A stretch of 24,000 nucleotides of DNA from Ignavibacteriales bacterium (GTDB lineage Bacteria > Bacteroidota > Ignavibacteria > UBA10030 > F1-140-MAGs086). The DNA is taken from NCBI GenBank assembly GCA_018335975.1, contig JAGXRH010000001.1, positions 6,215 through 30,214 on the forward strand. Direction: 5' to 3'. The notes beneath the pieces are model-generated. The model made no database searches, was not told where the DNA came from, and was given only the letters and a program-made list of their open reading frames with translations. Made by a program: the position numbers and the translations under genes. Positions 22,016 to 24,000 of the stretch are shown piece by piece. Position 1 is the first letter of the stretch. Each line of letters starts with the position of its first letter.

Positions 22016-23440
22016 ATGAAAATAATTTTTATACATACACTCATAATTTTACTAATGATAACCAACTCATTCACACAGTTCGATAGAACTATTCCACCGA
22101 AACCGGGAACATTGCCATCACTTACTCTTCCAAACATTCAACGCGCTGAACTTGCAAACGGATTAAAGATAATGATTGTCGAACATCATAAACTTCCCGT
22201 TGTAACAGTGCAACTTATTTTACAAAGCGGCTCATCGCTTGACCCAGCTGGAAAATCCGGTGTTGCGCGATTTACAACTTCGATGATTGATGAAGGAACG
22301 CCAACAAAAAATTCACTTGAGATTGCTGATGCGTTTGATTTTCTCGGTGCGCAGTTTTCGGCTTCTGCCAATTTTGATGGAACGTATCTTTCGCTGACAA
22401 CATTGAAAGAACATCTCGATGTAGCAGTTGAAAATTATGCCGAAGTTCTGCTCCATCCGACATTTCCACAAAAAGAATTTGACCGCTTACAGAAAGAACT
22501 TCTCACTTCGCTTTCACAACAAAAAGACCGCGCTCCCGTTGTTGCCTCGAATGTCTTCAACAAAATACTGTATAACAATCATCCGTACGGAAATCAAGTA
22601 AGCGGAGATTCCATCAGTGTTGCAAATCTTTCTTTGAACGATGTTCAACAATTTTATAATTCGTACTATGCGTCAAATAACGGAACTTTAATTTTCGTTG
22701 GCGATATTACAAAAGAGGAAGCGATAAAGATTGCCGAAAAATATCTCGGCAAGTGGCAGAAGAAAAATATTCCTTCTGCAAAACTTCCCGAATCGAAAAA
22801 CCCTGATGGCGTTACTCTGTATCTTATTGATAAAAAAGATGCACCGCAAACAGAAATTCGCATTGGTCAACTTGGCGCGGCGAGAAATACGGAAGATTAT
22901 TATACGCTCACCGTGTTGCAACACATTCTTGGAAGTTCGAGCGGAAGATTATTTTTGAATTTACGCGAAGCGAAAGGTTACACGTATGGCGCGTATGCAA
23001 ACTTTGGTTACAGAAAATCTACAGGACCATTTGTCGCAAGCGCGGGAGTAAAAACCGAAGTTACCGATAGTTCCATCATAGAATTTCTCTATGAATTAAA
23101 TCGTATGCGCGATGAAGTTGTTTCCGATTCGGAATTTCAAATGTATAAGACTGCGGTGATTCAACGTCTTCCGCGAGGATTTGAAACACCGTCACAAATT
23201 TCTGAGCAACTCGCAAACCTCGTTTTGTATAATTTACCGGATAATTATTTCAATTCGGTCGTTGATAATTTAAGCAAGGTAACGCAAAATGATATTCAAT
23301 CTGCCGCACAAAAATATTTTCAAACGGAAAAACTTTGCATCGTTGTTGTCGGCGATAAAGAAAAAATCCTTTCACCGTTAGAAAAACTTGGTATTGGAAA
23401 AATCGTTTTGTGCGATACAGACGGAAATGTTATAAAATAG
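22016..23440 (+). CDS. Secreted M16 family peptidase-like protein, non-catalytic subunit (HxxEH lost)
   Basis: It has a hydrophobic N-terminus and the overall M16 layout. The position equivalent to GFAHLFEHLMFEG reads GVARFTTSMIDEG (H->R, E->T, H->S). Confidence 0.85.
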   Translation: MKIIFIHTLIILLMITNSFTQFDRTIPPKPGTLPSLTLPNIQRAELANGLKIMIVEHHKLPVVTVQLILQSGSSLDPAGKSGVARFTTSMIDEGTPTKNSLEIADAFDFLGAQFSASANFDGTYLSLTTLKEHLDVAVENYAEVLLHPTFPQKEFDRLQKELLTSLSQQKDRAPVVASNVFNKILYNNHPYGNQVSGDSISVANLSLNDVQQFYNSYYASNNGTLIFVGDITKEEAIKIAEKYLGKWQKKNIPSAKLPESKNPDGVTLYLIDKKDAPQTEIRIGQLGAARNTEDYYTLTVLQHILGSSSGRLFLNLREAKGYTYGAYANFGYRKSTGPFVASAGVKTEVTDSSIIEFLYELNRMRDEVVSDSEFQMYKTAVIQRLPRGFETPSQISEQLANLVLYNLPDNYFNSVVDNLSKVTQNDIQSAAQKYFQTEKLCIVVVGDKEKILSPLEKLGIGKIVLCDTDGNVIK

Positions 23441-23487
23441 AAGTAAGAAGCCAGTAGTCAGAATCCAGAATTTTTTAGGAAAACAAA

Positions 23488-24000
23488 ATGAAACACACCC
23501 TTATATTTTTAACAGTTATTTTTTTCACATCAACTTTTCTTTTTTCAGAAGAAAATAAACCCCGCACTTCAATGCGCGGGAAAATTGAAGATGCATACAA
23601 AAGCGGAAAACTTTCGCACGACGAGTATGTTCTCAATCTTCTGTTCAACATTGTTGATAGAACAAAACTCGATAAAGAGTTTCAGGAAGAAATTCCCGGC
23701 ATTGAAAAATGTGGAACGTCAACATTTCTAAAACTGCGTGAAGAAAATAAAACAGCGTCATCATTTGTGCAAAACGAAATTAACAAAGTAGTTGCTCGAC
23801 CAACGAAGCAAAAATACCTCGACTCGCCCAAAGGGTATTTTCGGATTCACTTTGATACCAGCGGAACGCATGCCGTCTATTTACCGAGCATAGATACACT
23901 ACCGCAAAATGGAATTCCTGATTATGTTGACCGAACATCGGAAATATTCGACCGTGTATGGGAGTATGAAATTGACACACTCGGTTACGACCCGCCCGCC
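23488..24000 (+). CDS. Secreted protein, 3'-truncated by the window edge (possible metalloprotease-like N-terminal region)
   Basis: My own translation from ATG 23488 is open to nt 24000 (171 codons): MKHTLIFLTVIFFTSTFLFSEENKP...YFRIHFDTSGTHAVYLPSIDTLPQNGIPDYVDRTSEIFDRVWEYEIDTLGYDPPA. It has a signal peptide and is missing from the ORF track because no stop lies within the window. Confidence 0.7.
   Translation, partial: MKHTLIFLTVIFFTSTFLFSEENKPRTSMRGKIEDAYKSGKLSHDEYVLNLLFNIVDRTKLDKEFQEEIPGIEKCGTSTFLKLREENKTASSFVQNEINKVVARPTKQKYLDSPKGYFRIHFDTSGTHAVYLPSIDTLPQNGIPDYVDRTSEIFDRVWEYEIDTLGYDPPA

Noticed and set aside
12022-23440. Interpreting the cassette-rich stretch as a mobile genomic island or as recent tandem duplications
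   Set aside because: No integrase, transposase, tRNA target or flanking long repeats are visible. The paralogous cassettes (DUF4160/DUF2442 x2, DUF6883/DUF4926 x2) are strongly diverged at the protein level, so they are not recent copies.
1-24000. CRISPR arrays, tRNA/rRNA genes, prophage or known defence-system enzymes
   Set aside because: There are no regularly spaced repeat-spacer arrays, because all tandem repeats are coding or very short. I saw no tRNA-like T-arm/anticodon structures. There are no large ATPase, nuclease or reverse-transcriptase ORFs.

Overview
AT-rich bacterial window. It probably comes from a T9SS-bearing FCB-group organism (Ignavibacteria/Bacteroidota-like); this is inferred from three 'NFPNPFNP...YFYKL' type-A sorting domains and is not proven. 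I support about 32 protein-coding genes plus one pseudogene fragment, and found no rRNA, tRNA, CRISPR array, transposase or integrase.

Layout:
- 1-4232: secreted T9SS cargo proteins, one RelE/ParE toxin-antitoxin (TA) pair, and a repeat-filled gap.
- 4290-9026: a molybdenum-cofactor block. It holds a transthyretin/HIUase-like gene, XdhC, MoaD and MoaE. These are followed by a very methionine-rich secreted protein, a Tat-signal MsrP/YedY-like molybdoenzyme, a small HCCC lipoprotein and a di-heme cytochrome b.
- 9119-11845 (minus strand): a 908-aa beta-propeller T9SS protein.
- 12022-23440: an 11.4-kb run of 20 co-oriented, tightly packed genes. The housekeeping genes (M16 peptidase, nuoG, nuoH, nuoI, and an active plus an inactive M16 peptidase) are each separated by small two-gene TA-like cassettes.
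- 23488-24000: the start of another secreted protein.

Two candidates rank highest:
- (a) The Met-rich protein / Mo-reductase / cytochrome b module looks like a variant sacrificial-methionine oxidant-scavenging system.
- (b) The nuo/M16 gene string is systematically infiltrated by seven TA-like cassettes, an eighth lies at 2189-2633, and some cassettes are translationally coupled to respiratory genes.

All domain names come from motif recognition by eye; no database search was run.
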